Under the pieces are notes generated by a model. It did no database searches. It was not told where the DNA came from and saw nothing but the letters and a program-made list of their open reading frames with translations. Made by a program: the position numbers and the translations under genes. A stretch of 64,000 nt of DNA from a virus (Duplodnaviria > Caudoviricetes): IMG/VR virus record IMGVR_UViG_3300027969_004220, positions 32,001 to 96,000 of that record; one strand, written 5' to 3'. Below, piece after piece: positions 9,034-19,193 of the stretch (the stretch's first letter is position 1; the number at the start of each line of letters is the position of its first letter).

Positions 9034-9177
9034 AAGATAGTAGTAATATAAAGCGTTACTTCGTATTCAAACGACTATTATAGGTTCGAATCCTATTGTC
9101 TGCTCAAATAATTAAAAATGCAGATATAGTGTAATGGTAACACAGTAAAAACACGTTTAATAAACTTTCTCTATCTT
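9034..9177 (+). ncRNA. YrlA-like (bacterial Y RNA-type) permuted tRNA mimic
   Basis: Order is outer stem, T-arm (ATAGG-TTCGAAT-CCTAT), acceptor-like stem TGTCTGC/GCAGATA closed by a loop, D-arm (GTGT-AATGGTA-ACAC), then outer stem (AAGATAG/CTATCTT). Confidence 0.6.
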
Positions 9178-9182
9178 ACTTT

Positions 9183-9254
9183 GGGGCTATCGTATAATGG
9201 CTATTACACAGGATTTGCAATTCTGATATGAGATTTCGACTATCTCTAGCTCCA
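9183..9254 (+). tRNA. tRNA-Ala(TGC)
   Basis: GGGGCTA/TAGCTCC with G3:U70, CAGGA-TTTGCAA-TTCTG. Confidence 0.9.
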
Positions 9255-9429
9255 CAAAATAAAAATTAAATATGAAAACTAAAGAACAGTCGCTGGACGC
9301 ACTTTAGTCACAGAAGAATATAAATCTTACTGTGACGGTAATAAAACAGAAAGAATTAAAAGATCATTAGTAAAAAATGGTTCTCGTAATGATAGAAAAT
9401 TACAAAAATATTCTGATAAATTTAACAAA

Positions 9430-9816
9430 ATGTTTGAGTTTTACTTCAAAATTTACAGAAGTGGTTTAGTTAAATTTTGTGGTGATATTGTTAAGGTAGA
9501 CTTTGATGTAAATGGCTCAGAAGGAAAATTTGCATTTAGGGAATATGATAATGGTCGTTTTAAACTAATAACACCTATATCAAGACACCCTAATATACTT
9601 CAATCCGTAATCATTGGTAAAAAAGGTTGGGGATTATGGGTAAATCAATGGACTGATGGAATTGTTGATTGGTCATTCACAAAAGAAGAAATACTAAAAG
9701 AATTTGAATTAAGAGATATAGAAATACCAGAATCACTAATGATTGAATGGGATAAATTGATACTAAAAAGAAAGATTATACGTAACGAAAATTATATGAA
9801 GTCTATTAAAATCTGA
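9430..9816 (+). CDS. Hypothetical protein (possibly frameshifted from ATG 9272)
   Basis: Frame is open back to 9283; the ATG at 9272 is one base out of frame. Confidence 0.6.
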   Translation: MFEFYFKIYRSGLVKFCGDIVKVDFDVNGSEGKFAFREYDNGRFKLITPISRHPNILQSVIIGKKGWGLWVNQWTDGIVDWSFTKEEILKEFELRDIEIPESLMIEWDKLILKRKIIRNENYMKSIKI

Positions 9817-9834
9817 GATTATTCTCAGATTTTT

Positions 9835-10797
9835 TTATATACCTTTACTTAAATTTGTTAAGTGTTCAGTAATATCGGCAATTGTTAAAATGGCTGATTT
9901 TTCTGCATCTTCACTACTAATTTCCTTATTATTCTTATCAATTCCAGTAACCAATGAATCTATATCAAAATGTAAGTCTGATATTTTTAGGTAAATTTCA
10001 TCAATTGAGGTTTTTATTTCTCTTGCACAAATATTTATTAAACCCTCTAGATCAGAAATAGGTAAGGTAACTTTTTTAGTATTATTATTACTAATTTTAT
10101 TGGTATTTAATTCAACATAACTTTTCACACCACTAACTACAATATTTCTATTTACATTTGTTTTATCACCACCACGTTTACTAACTGCAAAATCATCACT
10201 TATTATCTGACTATAATCTAAAATATGTACATCTATATTGCTATCAGATTGATTTTTAAGACATATTACATAGTAGTCACATGGTTTTAATGTATTAACT
10301 TTAATAACATTACCTGCTTTATATAATTTTATTTGATATGTTACAATATCTTCACCGGTATCTTCCTCAGATGGAACTGTTTTAAATTCAGCAACAGATA
10401 ATTCACTATATGATTTTGATGCAGTAATATCTGCAATTGCACGACCAGCAGTTAATTTACCATGAATTAGTGAAGCAAGAAATCCTTCTAATAAAAATCC
10501 AGCACTTGACTCATTGAAATTGGTTCTTAGTTCATTTAGATATTGTAATATTGTAATTAATGAAATTTTGTCTTTAATAGTTATATTATTATCATTTACT
10601 AGTTCATTTATCTGTGATAATAATTTTACTTTTTTCTGTAAATCATATTTATCTTTTTTTCTACTATTTGGATTTTTAGTTAATATCTTATCTAATATCG
10701 TAACGTATCTAGCCATTCTAATATACATATCATCATCCACTTTAATATTTACCCAACCTCTCGGATAAGTAAAGTTTTCAAATTTCATTATTTCCAT
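9835..10797 (-). CDS. Hypothetical protein, possible PD-(D/E)xK-like fold, N-terminal MxxMKFENF tag
   Basis: SAGFLLEGFLASL...IADI...YQIKL. Confidence 0.55.
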   Translation of the reverse strand: MEIMKFENFTYPRGWVNIKVDDDMYIRMARYVTILDKILTKNPNSRKKDKYDLQKKVKLLSQINELVNDNNITIKDKISLITILQYLNELRTNFNESSAGFLLEGFLASLIHGKLTAGRAIADITASKSYSELSVAEFKTVPSEEDTGEDIVTYQIKLYKAGNVIKVNTLKPCDYYVICLKNQSDSNIDVHILDYSQIISDDFAVSKRGGDKTNVNRNIVVSGVKSYVELNTNKISNNNTKKVTLPISDLEGLINICAREIKTSIDEIYLKISDLHFDIDSLVTGIDKNNKEISSEDAEKSAILTIADITEHLTNLSKGI

Positions 10798-10844
10798 ATT
10801 GTATATATTAAATCTTTTACTTACTTTTGTAAAAATTAAAGATT

Positions 10845-11114
10845 ATGGAGTTAAAAGATTTTCTAATAAAAACAGGTTTAAAATCTTCTGAGGTTTCATT
10901 TTTCTATAAGAATAGAACTGATGAAAGACCGGTTGAAGTAAAAATAATTCAATCTAATAAAAAAGGAATGTGGGAAATAATTAGAAAAAGTCAAATTCAA
11001 GATAGAACTGAATATTCTGGTTTTTTCACAACTTTTTCTACTCTCTGGATTAAAACTCCATCAAGATTTTTAAAGGTAGGTAAATTATTACAAGAGTTGG
11101 ATGCAGTTGAATAA
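10845..11114 (+). CDS. Hypothetical protein
   Basis: 89 aa after TACTTTTG promoter box. Confidence 0.65.
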   Translation: MELKDFLIKTGLKSSEVSFFYKNRTDERPVEVKIIQSNKKGMWEIIRKSQIQDRTEYSGFFTTFSTLWIKTPSRFLKVGKLLQELDAVE

Positions 11115-11583
11115 AGATACACCAAGAAGAATTAAACAACGTAAAGATTGTCGTACTGTACAAGAGATTAGAGATTTCTTGTTACAGTATTTTGACTTAC
11201 ACGATAGATACGAAAACAGACAGTTTGGTCACCAAAGTAATTTCACTTTAACTTATAAAGATAAACCGAGAGGTAATAATCATACCGATATTAGTATAAA
11301 ACTTGTGTGGTATAATGATGAAGATTTAGTTACTGAGGTTAAACTAGAATGGTATAAAGGTTGGAGAGACAACGATCGAGAATATAAAAATTACGAATGG
11401 ACATTTAAGAATGAAGATTATAATGATGAATGTTGGTTTCTATGGAATGATCAAGGTCGAAGAGATATAGTTGAAAACTGTGACATATTGACAGAGATTA
11501 CAAATTTTATCATTAAATATGAAAAAAGATTACCACGTGCTCTCTCAAGAGATAATAAATTAAAACAATTGCTCGGGTTATAG
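11101..11583 (+). CDS. Hypothetical protein with C-terminal RDNKLKQLL tag
   Basis: 160 aa ORF. Confidence 0.65.
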   Translation: MQLNKDTPRRIKQRKDCRTVQEIRDFLLQYFDLHDRYENRQFGHQSNFTLTYKDKPRGNNHTDISIKLVWYNDEDLVTEVKLEWYKGWRDNDREYKNYEWTFKNEDYNDECWFLWNDQGRRDIVENCDILTEITNFIIKYEKRLPRALSRDNKLKQLLGL

Positions 11584-11651
11584 TATAAGTTTATATTATA
11601 TATCATGATGTTACATGTTTTTGAAAATACTAATAAAAAATTAAATATAAA

Positions 11652-12257
11652 ATGAAGAAAATTGAATACGATCCATTTGTAACCAGACAATTCTCACAGA
11701 ATTTTTCTGGAACTAAAGTATCACTAGAAATTAAAGATGAACTTTTAGAAGTGATAAATGATGCTTATGAGCATTCTTCATCTGAAACCATGTTAAACTC
11801 TGACTGGGGTTTCTGTAAGTATCTTATCTTACCAAATGAATTTGGAGTTAAATGTGCAGTTAGAGAAATCACACTAGATATTTATCCTTATATTAGAACT
11901 GACTATGTTCAAAGAACACCTGAGGAATTACCAATCTTGTCCAGATTTGCTCAATTACCTCCTGGGTTTAAGTCACAAGAAGCCAATTATATTGTCTTAG
12001 TTCTTTACACAAGAAGACAATTAGAAAAAGAATTTAAACCTAAAGAAGAAGGACAAGAGTTTTACTTTGATGATTCTGTTAAATGGGGTATTGTTTCGAT
12101 AATGGGAACTATGGAACCGAAGCCAGATCCACTTGTGCCAATTACAATTATGAGAAATGCTTTAGGTGTTGAAGAAGGTGGTAATGGAGAAACACTAGAT
12201 AGAAAAGTTTATAACGAATCAGTGGAATTCTGGTCTAAATATATTTTAGTTAAGTAA
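11652..12257 (+). CDS. DUF3228-like protein
   Basis: VLYTRRQL...WGIVSI...PITIMRNALGVEEGGNG..LDR..Y.ESVEFW. Confidence 0.75.
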   Translation: MKKIEYDPFVTRQFSQNFSGTKVSLEIKDELLEVINDAYEHSSSETMLNSDWGFCKYLILPNEFGVKCAVREITLDIYPYIRTDYVQRTPEELPILSRFAQLPPGFKSQEANYIVLVLYTRRQLEKEFKPKEEGQEFYFDDSVKWGIVSIMGTMEPKPDPLVPITIMRNALGVEEGGNGETLDRKVYNESVEFWSKYILVK

Positions 12258-12496
12258 TGAAAAAATTTATAATCACATTTATCGTATCATTTATCGTATT
12301 CTATTTAATAGAGTATTCACTACACTATTTCTTTGATATAGATCTCGATACACTTGAATTAGGATGGCTAGGATGGCTTGGTTTCATAATTGCTTATGGA
12401 TTTAAGTTTCACATCTTTTGTTGTCTTATACCTCTTATTTTTACTTCGTATAAGTGTAAACATAAAAAATGTGAACACGATCACTGTAAAAAATAA
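12257..12496 (+). CDS. Small membrane protein
   Basis: Hydrophobic segments, C-terminal Cys/His cluster. Confidence 0.6.
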   Translation: MKKFIITFIVSFIVFYLIEYSLHYFFDIDLDTLELGWLGWLGFIIAYGFKFHIFCCLIPLIFTSYKCKHKKCEHDHCKK

Positions 12497-12560
12497 ATCA
12501 CCTTTTAATAGGTAAATACAAATATATGTTGTATATTTGCAAAACAAAATAAATAAAAAT

Positions 12561-13322
12561 ATGGAACTTAAAGACATAAACGTAGATACAATTACATCAG
12601 ATGAACTTTCAAAGGTTGACTTTTCAGTGTTTGCTAGTTTACTAACAGACTTAAAAAATGAACATTTAACAACTGATGAAGAAAGAAAAACTTTCTTAAC
12701 TGTTTTAAAAAGAATGTATGGTGGAGACTCATTTCCACACGTTGACATCTATCTTAAAAATACTCAATCTGGAGAACTTATTGAGAAGAAATTCGTTGAT
12801 ATGGTAAACGGAGTTACTAGAGTAACTAGTGAGAACTATGACTTTTCATATGATGAAAATAATAAGAAAGGTGAAATTAAATCTATTAGAGTAATGTCTA
12901 GCAAAGATAAAGATAAGTATCCTGTACAAAGATCAATGTCTATCTTTGAAAAACAAACCTGTCTTTCTAATACAAGTTTTCAGCAAATTAAACCAAGTGA
13001 GTTTGACTCAATGGTTGGTGTGTTAGTTTACAAAGATGGTATAAGTATATACAATGTTCCAAATACAGTATTCCACCCAACAGTAATTAAGAAAACTGAT
13101 AAGACTAAGAAAGCTTTTATCAAAGAATTAAATGATGCTGGTAAAATTGTACTATCTGGACAACACAAGTCTAACTTAACAGAAGGACAAATTGGATTTA
13201 ACGAATTAAAAAAATATCTTAAATTCTCACTTTATGTAAAAGATGGTAACTACTACTACATTGAGAATGGTAAGAAAACTGACAAACTATACACTAACTT
13301 AGATTTTAGTGATTTACTATAA
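12561..13322 (+). CDS. Putative PD-(D/E)xK (restriction-type) endonuclease
   Basis: E..E...YDFSY..GEIKSIR pattern; convergent with a DNA methyltransferase; start placed after the promoter at 12532. Confidence 0.5.
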   Translation: MELKDINVDTITSDELSKVDFSVFASLLTDLKNEHLTTDEERKTFLTVLKRMYGGDSFPHVDIYLKNTQSGELIEKKFVDMVNGVTRVTSENYDFSYDENNKKGEIKSIRVMSSKDKDKYPVQRSMSIFEKQTCLSNTSFQQIKPSEFDSMVGVLVYKDGISIYNVPNTVFHPTVIKKTDKTKKAFIKELNDAGKIVLSGQHKSNLTEGQIGFNELKKYLKFSLYVKDGNYYYIENGKKTDKLYTNLDFSDLL

Positions 13323-13323
13323 T

Positions 13324-13351
13324 AAAAAAGGAGACTAATGTCTCCTTTTTT
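13324..13351. terminator. Bidirectional intrinsic terminator
   Basis: AAAAAAGGAGAC-TAAT-GTCTCCTTTTTT between convergent genes. Confidence 0.8.
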
Positions 13352-14778
13352 TATTTCTTATATTTAAACTCTTCCATAAATTCTACTGGAACTCCAAAGT
13401 AAAACTTACTATAAGTTTTCTTAATATTCTTATACCAATCAGACTTATAGATAAATATCATATACTCATAAATCATATCAATTGGCATTTCAGTATTTTC
13501 ATACCAATACTTTTTAAATTCATCAGTAAGATTATCTTCTATACCTGCAAGAGGAACTGTTCTTATACTCCCAGGACTTGAGTTTCTATTTGCATCATAA
13601 TCTGTGTATCCATAATAATCAGTTGATATTGATGTTGGATTACTTGTAAAGTAAAAAGACTCCCCAGGATTACTATTTATAAGATAAACAAATGAAACCT
13701 TTTTAATACTCTCGTGTCTAAAATAGAATCTCCATTCATTTCTATGTTTTATTCTTTTATAATTATCAATATTCTGAAATACTGATAAATCATAAGAATC
13801 TTTGATCTCATTTATATAACCTAAAATTATTACCAATTTGTTATCATCGATTTTACTCAAGTGATAAGAATTATTATAAGACAGTTTATCTTTTAAATTA
13901 GTAAGATTAGTTTCTTCAAAAAAGATACTACAGATTCTTTGCATAAAATGTTCTTTAGGTTCATCTTTACAAGAAAGTAAAAAGGATTCTGCAGGAACAC
14001 TACCTAAATATGTTTTCTTAAAAATCTTATTATAAGGTATGATATTTTGATTAGCACCTAAGAAATCTTCTAATAAAACTTCTTCATCATTATATAACAT
14101 AGTTTTACTATTAGTAATAGTAGTAGTAAAGTGAACCAGAATTAAATTCTGGCTAACATTCTCGAAATTACTTTTATCAATATCTTTTATAGAAACGATA
14201 TTCAAATGGTTATTTAAGAAAGTATAAAATGACTTAAATGCCTTTGTTGGATTTTGAAAGATTGTTTTCGGTAGAATATAAAAAACATCAGCTTCTTTAT
14301 TTACATTTTTAATTACATCCAGTGTTTTTACTATAAAGAATATACATTCTTCTTTAACACCATCAATATTATATAATCTTTTCAATCTATCAATCTCAGG
14401 TTTTCTATCTTTTAAAGATAATGCTGGGGTTCTATAAGGTGGGTTACCAACTAATAAAATTCTATCACAATCTTCGATGAAATCTTTATCTAAATCAAAG
14501 TCATAAATATTCTGATTTATCAACTGACAATTATCTATTGGTGCAAACTCAGAGAAAACTTCTTCATCTATCTCAACTGCAACAATCTTATTTTTATAAA
14601 TCTTTCTAAATGATTTTACAAAGTTACCAGAACCAAAAGATGGTTCTATAAAAACAGTTTTATCAGTAATCTCAACAGGTAGTTCTGAAATAATTTTATC
14701 AGTACCTTCTATCTTAGTATTATACTGACCAAGTATCTCTACCTTTGTATAATTATCTTTATTTGTTGCTTTTCTCAT
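13351..14778 (-). CDS. Amino (N6-adenine) DNA methyltransferase
   Basis: Motif I IEPSFGSG, VAVEID, motif IV GNPPY. Confidence 0.85.
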   Translation of the reverse strand: MRKATNKDNYTKVEILGQYNTKIEGTDKIISELPVEITDKTVFIEPSFGSGNFVKSFRKIYKNKIVAVEIDEEVFSEFAPIDNCQLINQNIYDFDLDKDFIEDCDRILLVGNPPYRTPALSLKDRKPEIDRLKRLYNIDGVKEECIFFIVKTLDVIKNVNKEADVFYILPKTIFQNPTKAFKSFYTFLNNHLNIVSIKDIDKSNFENVSQNLILVHFTTTITNSKTMLYNDEEVLLEDFLGANQNIIPYNKIFKKTYLGSVPAESFLLSCKDEPKEHFMQRICSIFFEETNLTNLKDKLSYNNSYHLSKIDDNKLVIILGYINEIKDSYDLSVFQNIDNYKRIKHRNEWRFYFRHESIKKVSFVYLINSNPGESFYFTSNPTSISTDYYGYTDYDANRNSSPGSIRTVPLAGIEDNLTDEFKKYWYENTEMPIDMIYEYMIFIYKSDWYKNIKKTYSKFYFGVPVEFMEEFKYKK

Positions 14779-14810
14779 TGTAAAAATTCTTTATTATTAT
14801 ATGAGTTTAT

Positions 14811-15263
14811 ATGATTAAAGTTTCAACTTTTACTTGTATTACCAATACAATTCACTATCTTTGTAATCTAAAATATATGAATATGAACGGAACTGTGCAA
14901 GTTGTGCTAGTGAATAAAGAAGGATTAGTATTAGGTGTATCAAGAAAGACAGACCACAATGATTTTGGTTTAGTTGGAGGATCATTAGAAGACTATGATG
15001 TAACACCAGAAGCTGGTGCTTTAAGAGAAACAAAAGAAGAAACTGGATTAGATATTACTAATCTAAAATTGATATATGTAAAAGTAACTAGAGACGGAAG
15101 AATAGGTTATACCTATTTGGCTGACTATTCTGGTGAAATAGAATATGACGAACCACACGTAGTTAAATGGACAACATTTAGCGAATTGATTAAAGGTTCA
15201 TTTGGTCATTGGAATTTACAAGTTTATCAATCAATGTTAAATTTAGGAATAGAAGTTAAGTAA
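14811..15263 (+). CDS. Nudix hydrolase (true start probably near 14878)
   Basis: GGSLEDYDVTPEAGALRETKEETGL Nudix box. Confidence 0.85.
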   Translation: MIKVSTFTCITNTIHYLCNLKYMNMNGTVQVVLVNKEGLVLGVSRKTDHNDFGLVGGSLEDYDVTPEAGALRETKEETGLDITNLKLIYVKVTRDGRIGYTYLADYSGEIEYDEPHVVKWTTFSELIKGSFGHWNLQVYQSMLNLGIEVK

Positions 15264-15706
15264 TGAGTAAAAAAGAAAAATTAGAAGAACTTTATAAAAA
15301 ACTAACAGACGGACAAAGATTTGGATTTAATTTTTTGTATGGTTCACCACATACTATAAGTGATGATAAAATAGATAAAGCCATTTCAATCTGTGAAAAG
15401 TATAGCAGTATAAAACCTAATGTTATTACTACACTACCTGGTATAAATTTTACAAGTTCAACCGCATCTGTTACACCAACAGTAACATATTGTTTGTGTG
15501 GGAATATTCCATCAAAAGGCGATATATTTTATTATCAATCAAAGTATAGTAAAGTTCCACTTGAAGGTATCGTTGATATTATTTATCATGACTCAATTCG
15601 TTCCAAAAATGGAACTGCTTATAAATTTGATGAAATCATTGTTAAACCAAAGTTTGTAATAAGAGACGAAATACTAAATGAAATACTAAATGGGAAAGAT
15701 AACTAA
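15263..15706 (+). CDS. Hypothetical protein with C-terminal RDEILNEIL tag
   Basis: 147 aa, translationally coupled. Confidence 0.65.
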   Translation: MSKKEKLEELYKKLTDGQRFGFNFLYGSPHTISDDKIDKAISICEKYSSIKPNVITTLPGINFTSSTASVTPTVTYCLCGNIPSKGDIFYYQSKYSKVPLEGIVDIIYHDSIRSKNGTAYKFDEIIVKPKFVIRDEILNEILNGKDN

Positions 15707-15893
15707 AGAACAAGTACAAAAACTTCAAGAACAACAAGACAATCCAAGGTATCATCCTTATACGTGTTGTTCTTATGATGGATGCGAACGAGATAAACAA
15801 CCAAATTGGGGAGCTTTAATTCCAACAGAAGATTGTTGGATCTGTCCGTGTGGAAAATATAAACAAGAATATCGTGAAGAAGCCTCAAATTAA
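15690..15893 (+). CDS. Small Cys-rich (zinc-ribbon-like) protein
   Basis: HPYTCC...WICPCGKY. Confidence 0.65.
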   Translation: MGKITKEQVQKLQEQQDNPRYHPYTCCSYDGCERDKQPNWGALIPTEDCWICPCGKYKQEYREEASN

Positions 15894-15961
15894 ATTTTGA
15901 GGTTTTTCTTTTTTATTCAAATAATTTACTTATATTTGTAATCTAATACAAAATATAAAAT

Positions 15962-17188
15962 ATGCAATCTGAAATTAAATATTCCAGTAAGTTCACAAAC
16001 TTATTAAGACTTATCGACCACCGTGTCGCAAAAATACTTTTAGACATTGAAAATAAAAGTCTTATAGTTACACAAAACTATATTGATCTTACCGACAAAA
16101 AAGATACTGTATCTTTTACACCTGATAGAAAAGTTGCTGAAATAAAAGCCAGTATACCTCAGTTGTGGAAAACTACCGAAGATACAAGACATCTTACACA
16201 CGGTTCTGCAAATGATAAAATTTACGAAGATTTAGGATATGAAAAACCTAATAGAGATCCTTGGTCACCAGAGTATGGTACTTTAGGAACTATCTTAGGT
16301 GAAGCTAAGTCACGCACTACTGATAAAGTTTTTGTTATTTTTCAACAATATGAAGGTGACTATAAAGTTGTTGTAAACAAAGCTACTTTGATACAATCAA
16401 GTAATTTTAATAAAATCTGGTCTTCTAATAGAAACTCTATTAGAATCGGTAGATTGACTAGATCAATTCTATCTTCTGTTGGTGCAACATTTACAGAGAA
16501 AGACATTGAAGAATTTACTAATAAGTTTAAGGCGGCTTATGACTTTAATAAAGATGCTACCAATAAATTTGATATAGTATCCGGTGAAGATATTGCAAAA
16601 TGGTATCACTATGAGAAATACACTAAAGGTGGTGGTACACTTAATAACTCTTGTATGGCTAATGTAAAATCAGATTTCTTTGATATTTATGTTCAAAATC
16701 CACAAGTTAAATTAGTTATTCTTTATGATGATGCTGGTAAACTCGAAAATGGCAAATATACTTCTGATAAAATCAAAGGTAGAGCTATTCTTTGGGAAGG
16801 TGCTAAATGTGTTGGTGTAGAAGGCAATATAAACTTTATGGATAGAATTTACACAAGTAATGATTCTGATACAGATTTGTTTATAACATTTGCACAATCA
16901 AAAAACTTTTGGTATAAAAAATCACAAAGTATGGATTTTGAGTGTACTATCTGTAATGGAGTTATCGAACAAAAAGCTAACATCACAGTTGATTTGGATG
17001 AAACTAACTTTTCTTTTTATCCTTATACTGATACAATGTCTTTTGCTAACTTAGATGATAATACATTGATGAACTTCAATGATAAATATGATAGAAGACT
17101 TAGAGGTACAAACGGTGGATATGAAGGTTCAGACGATCACTATTATGATCCACAAGAATACGATGAAGATTATTATGAAGAAGATTAA
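15962..17188 (+). CDS. Hypothetical phage protein, shares a domain with 39056-40960
   Basis: VSGEDIAKWY..GTLNNSCM..IY..NP..GRAILW..FMDRIY. Confidence 0.75.
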   Translation: MQSEIKYSSKFTNLLRLIDHRVAKILLDIENKSLIVTQNYIDLTDKKDTVSFTPDRKVAEIKASIPQLWKTTEDTRHLTHGSANDKIYEDLGYEKPNRDPWSPEYGTLGTILGEAKSRTTDKVFVIFQQYEGDYKVVVNKATLIQSSNFNKIWSSNRNSIRIGRLTRSILSSVGATFTEKDIEEFTNKFKAAYDFNKDATNKFDIVSGEDIAKWYHYEKYTKGGGTLNNSCMANVKSDFFDIYVQNPQVKLVILYDDAGKLENGKYTSDKIKGRAILWEGAKCVGVEGNINFMDRIYTSNDSDTDLFITFAQSKNFWYKKSQSMDFECTICNGVIEQKANITVDLDETNFSFYPYTDTMSFANLDDNTLMNFNDKYDRRLRGTNGGYEGSDDHYYDPQEYDEDYYEED

Positions 17189-17231
17189 ATAAAAATCCTC
17201 CAATGTGAGGATTTTTTTGTATCTTTGTACT

Positions 17232-17585
17232 ATGAAAATCAAACTACAAGATGTTAAAGAAGAAATCGAAGATATAATCGATGGTGTTCTTGTAGAACTA
17301 ATTGATGATGATTTTGAAGTTAGAAAAGTTTTTGTAGATTCTGATACTTATAATTTTGGTGCTAGACATATTATAGATGTTTATATAACCAAAGATAAAA
17401 AAGGATTTAAAATAAGTAAAATACAACCAAAGGTTTTAACAGTTGTTGATTTTATGAAACGAAGATATAACGCAATTATATCTTATCAAACAATGGAAAG
17501 TAATAGTAAAAGAGAATTTCATAAAACCTTTCCTCTTTTTAAATATAATCTTATAAAGAAATTTAAAATAACTATAACTATTTAA
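17232..17585 (+). CDS. Hypothetical protein
   Basis: ATG after promoter at 17220. Confidence 0.6.
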   Translation: MKIKLQDVKEEIEDIIDGVLVELIDDDFEVRKVFVDSDTYNFGARHIIDVYITKDKKGFKISKIQPKVLTVVDFMKRRYNAIISYQTMESNSKREFHKTFPLFKYNLIKKFKITITI

Positions 17586-17641
17586 TAAAAAAATCATATA
17601 ATTTATGATAGTATTTATACTAAAAAGAAACAACGATTCAA

Positions 17642-17839
17642 TTGGACTATTCAAGTATCGAAACCCTAAAACAAGGTATCATTGATACTTTAAGGAATTG
17701 GGAATGGAATGTAACTGATATATTAATCGAAAATGATCAAATTAATATATCTTTTAATGCAGAAACTGATGGTGTTATAAAGTTTTATGAGGAAGACACC
17801 ACCGGAAGTTGGCACTTTGACGAAGTAACTGTTATTTAA
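17642..17839 (+). CDS. Small acidic hypothetical protein
   Basis: 65 aa ORF. Confidence 0.5.
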   Translation: MDYSSIETLKQGIIDTLRNWEWNVTDILIENDQINISFNAETDGVIKFYEEDTTGSWHFDEVTVI

Positions 17840-17857
17840 AAAATTAAAACATATATT

Positions 17858-18853
17858 ATGATAATCAAATCAGAAATAAACCCGAAAGACTTTGAAGTTG
17901 GTACAATTATTGGCCGTTTTCAAGTAAACAAACTACACGATGGTCATAGATCACTAATCAACTACGTATTAGATAACCATAAAAAAGTAATCATACTTTT
18001 AGGTGTATCAAGAGTTCAAAACACTCGTAAAAATCCACTAGACTTTGCTTCTCGTAAAGCAATGATTCAAAAAGAATTTCCTTCTGTTATGATCTTACCT
18101 ATTCAAGATCAAAGATATAACGAAAAATGGTCTCACGATGTTGATTCTATTATCCCTATTCCATTCGGTGAGAAAAAAACTGTAATCTACGGAAGTAGAG
18201 ACTCTTTTATTCCTTACTACTCTGGTAAATTCCCAGTAATCGAATTAGAAGAAAGTGTTACTTACAACGGTACAAATATCCGTGAAGAAGTTGCCAAAGA
18301 AACTTTAGACTCTGACGACTTTAGAGCAGGTGTTATCTACTCTTCTTTTAACCACAGACCTACAACTTTCCCGACTGTTGATATTGTTGCACACGATAAT
18401 GAAGGTAATATACTTTTAGGTAGAAAACCTAATGAGAAATTATTTAGATTTGTTGGTGGTTTTGTTGATACTTCAGATAGTTCATTTGAAGCAGCAGCTT
18501 TAAGAGAACTTAATGAAGAAACTGGTGGTAACTTAGTGGTAAATAAAAACTTAACATACATTACTTCTCAAAAAGTAAATGACTGGAGATACAAAGGTGA
18601 AGAATCTGGTATAATGACTACATTATATTTGGCAACAAGACACTTTGGATTTGCGAAAGCTTCTGACGACATAGCTGAAGTAAAATGGGTACCTGCTCAA
18701 AAATTTAGTAATTATGATGGTATTAGAACTGGAATTGTTCCAGAACACAGAGAGTTGATGAAAACTTTCATTGATAAAGTTTACGATCAAAATCTTATGC
18801 CAATTGGTGAAAGATTAGAAGAAAGAACTAATGTAACCTATACAGCAGAGTAA
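17858..18853 (+). CDS. nadM: Bifunctional NMN adenylyltransferase / ADP-ribose Nudix hydrolase
   Basis: GRFQ..LHDGH (HxGH), NPLDF..R, C-terminal Nudix box GGFVD..AALRELNEETG. Confidence 0.9.
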   Translation: MIIKSEINPKDFEVGTIIGRFQVNKLHDGHRSLINYVLDNHKKVIILLGVSRVQNTRKNPLDFASRKAMIQKEFPSVMILPIQDQRYNEKWSHDVDSIIPIPFGEKKTVIYGSRDSFIPYYSGKFPVIELEESVTYNGTNIREEVAKETLDSDDFRAGVIYSSFNHRPTTFPTVDIVAHDNEGNILLGRKPNEKLFRFVGGFVDTSDSSFEAAALRELNEETGGNLVVNKNLTYITSQKVNDWRYKGEESGIMTTLYLATRHFGFAKASDDIAEVKWVPAQKFSNYDGIRTGIVPEHRELMKTFIDKVYDQNLMPIGERLEERTNVTYTAE

Positions 18854-19188
18854 TGAATAATCCAGTTATAAAGGTAGGAAATGGTTTAATGATGTTACAA
18901 TCTTATCCATTTAATTGGATAAGAGAGTCAGTTTATACTGGCAGTTTTGGACCACCATTTTACTATTACATATTTTTAGGTGATATGTCTGGTGGTCCTA
19001 CGTGTGTCTATAAAGAGGAAGAAAATGAACTAGCTATTTCTGACTTAAAGTTTAAAGTTGAAAGTATAGAAGAAGCAGGTAAAATAGTTCTTAAACTTAC
19101 ACAAGGTATGGGAAAGAATTTGGAAGGAACTGTACATGAATCTGCTGCAGACATTAGAGATAAAAAGATAGAAAAAATATTAAATTAA
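18853..19188 (+). CDS. Hypothetical protein with C-terminal RDKKIEKIL tag
   Basis: 111 aa between the two NAD genes. Confidence 0.65.
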   Translation: MNNPVIKVGNGLMMLQSYPFNWIRESVYTGSFGPPFYYYIFLGDMSGGPTCVYKEEENELAISDLKFKVESIEEAGKIVLKLTQGMGKNLEGTVHESAADIRDKKIEKILN

Positions 19189-19193
19189 ATATT

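Noticed and set aside
9061-9074. Opal suppressor or Sec anticodon (TCA) in TCGT-ATTCAA-ACGA
   Set aside because: The loop is 6 nt and the element fits a permuted tRNA mimic better than a canonical tRNA.
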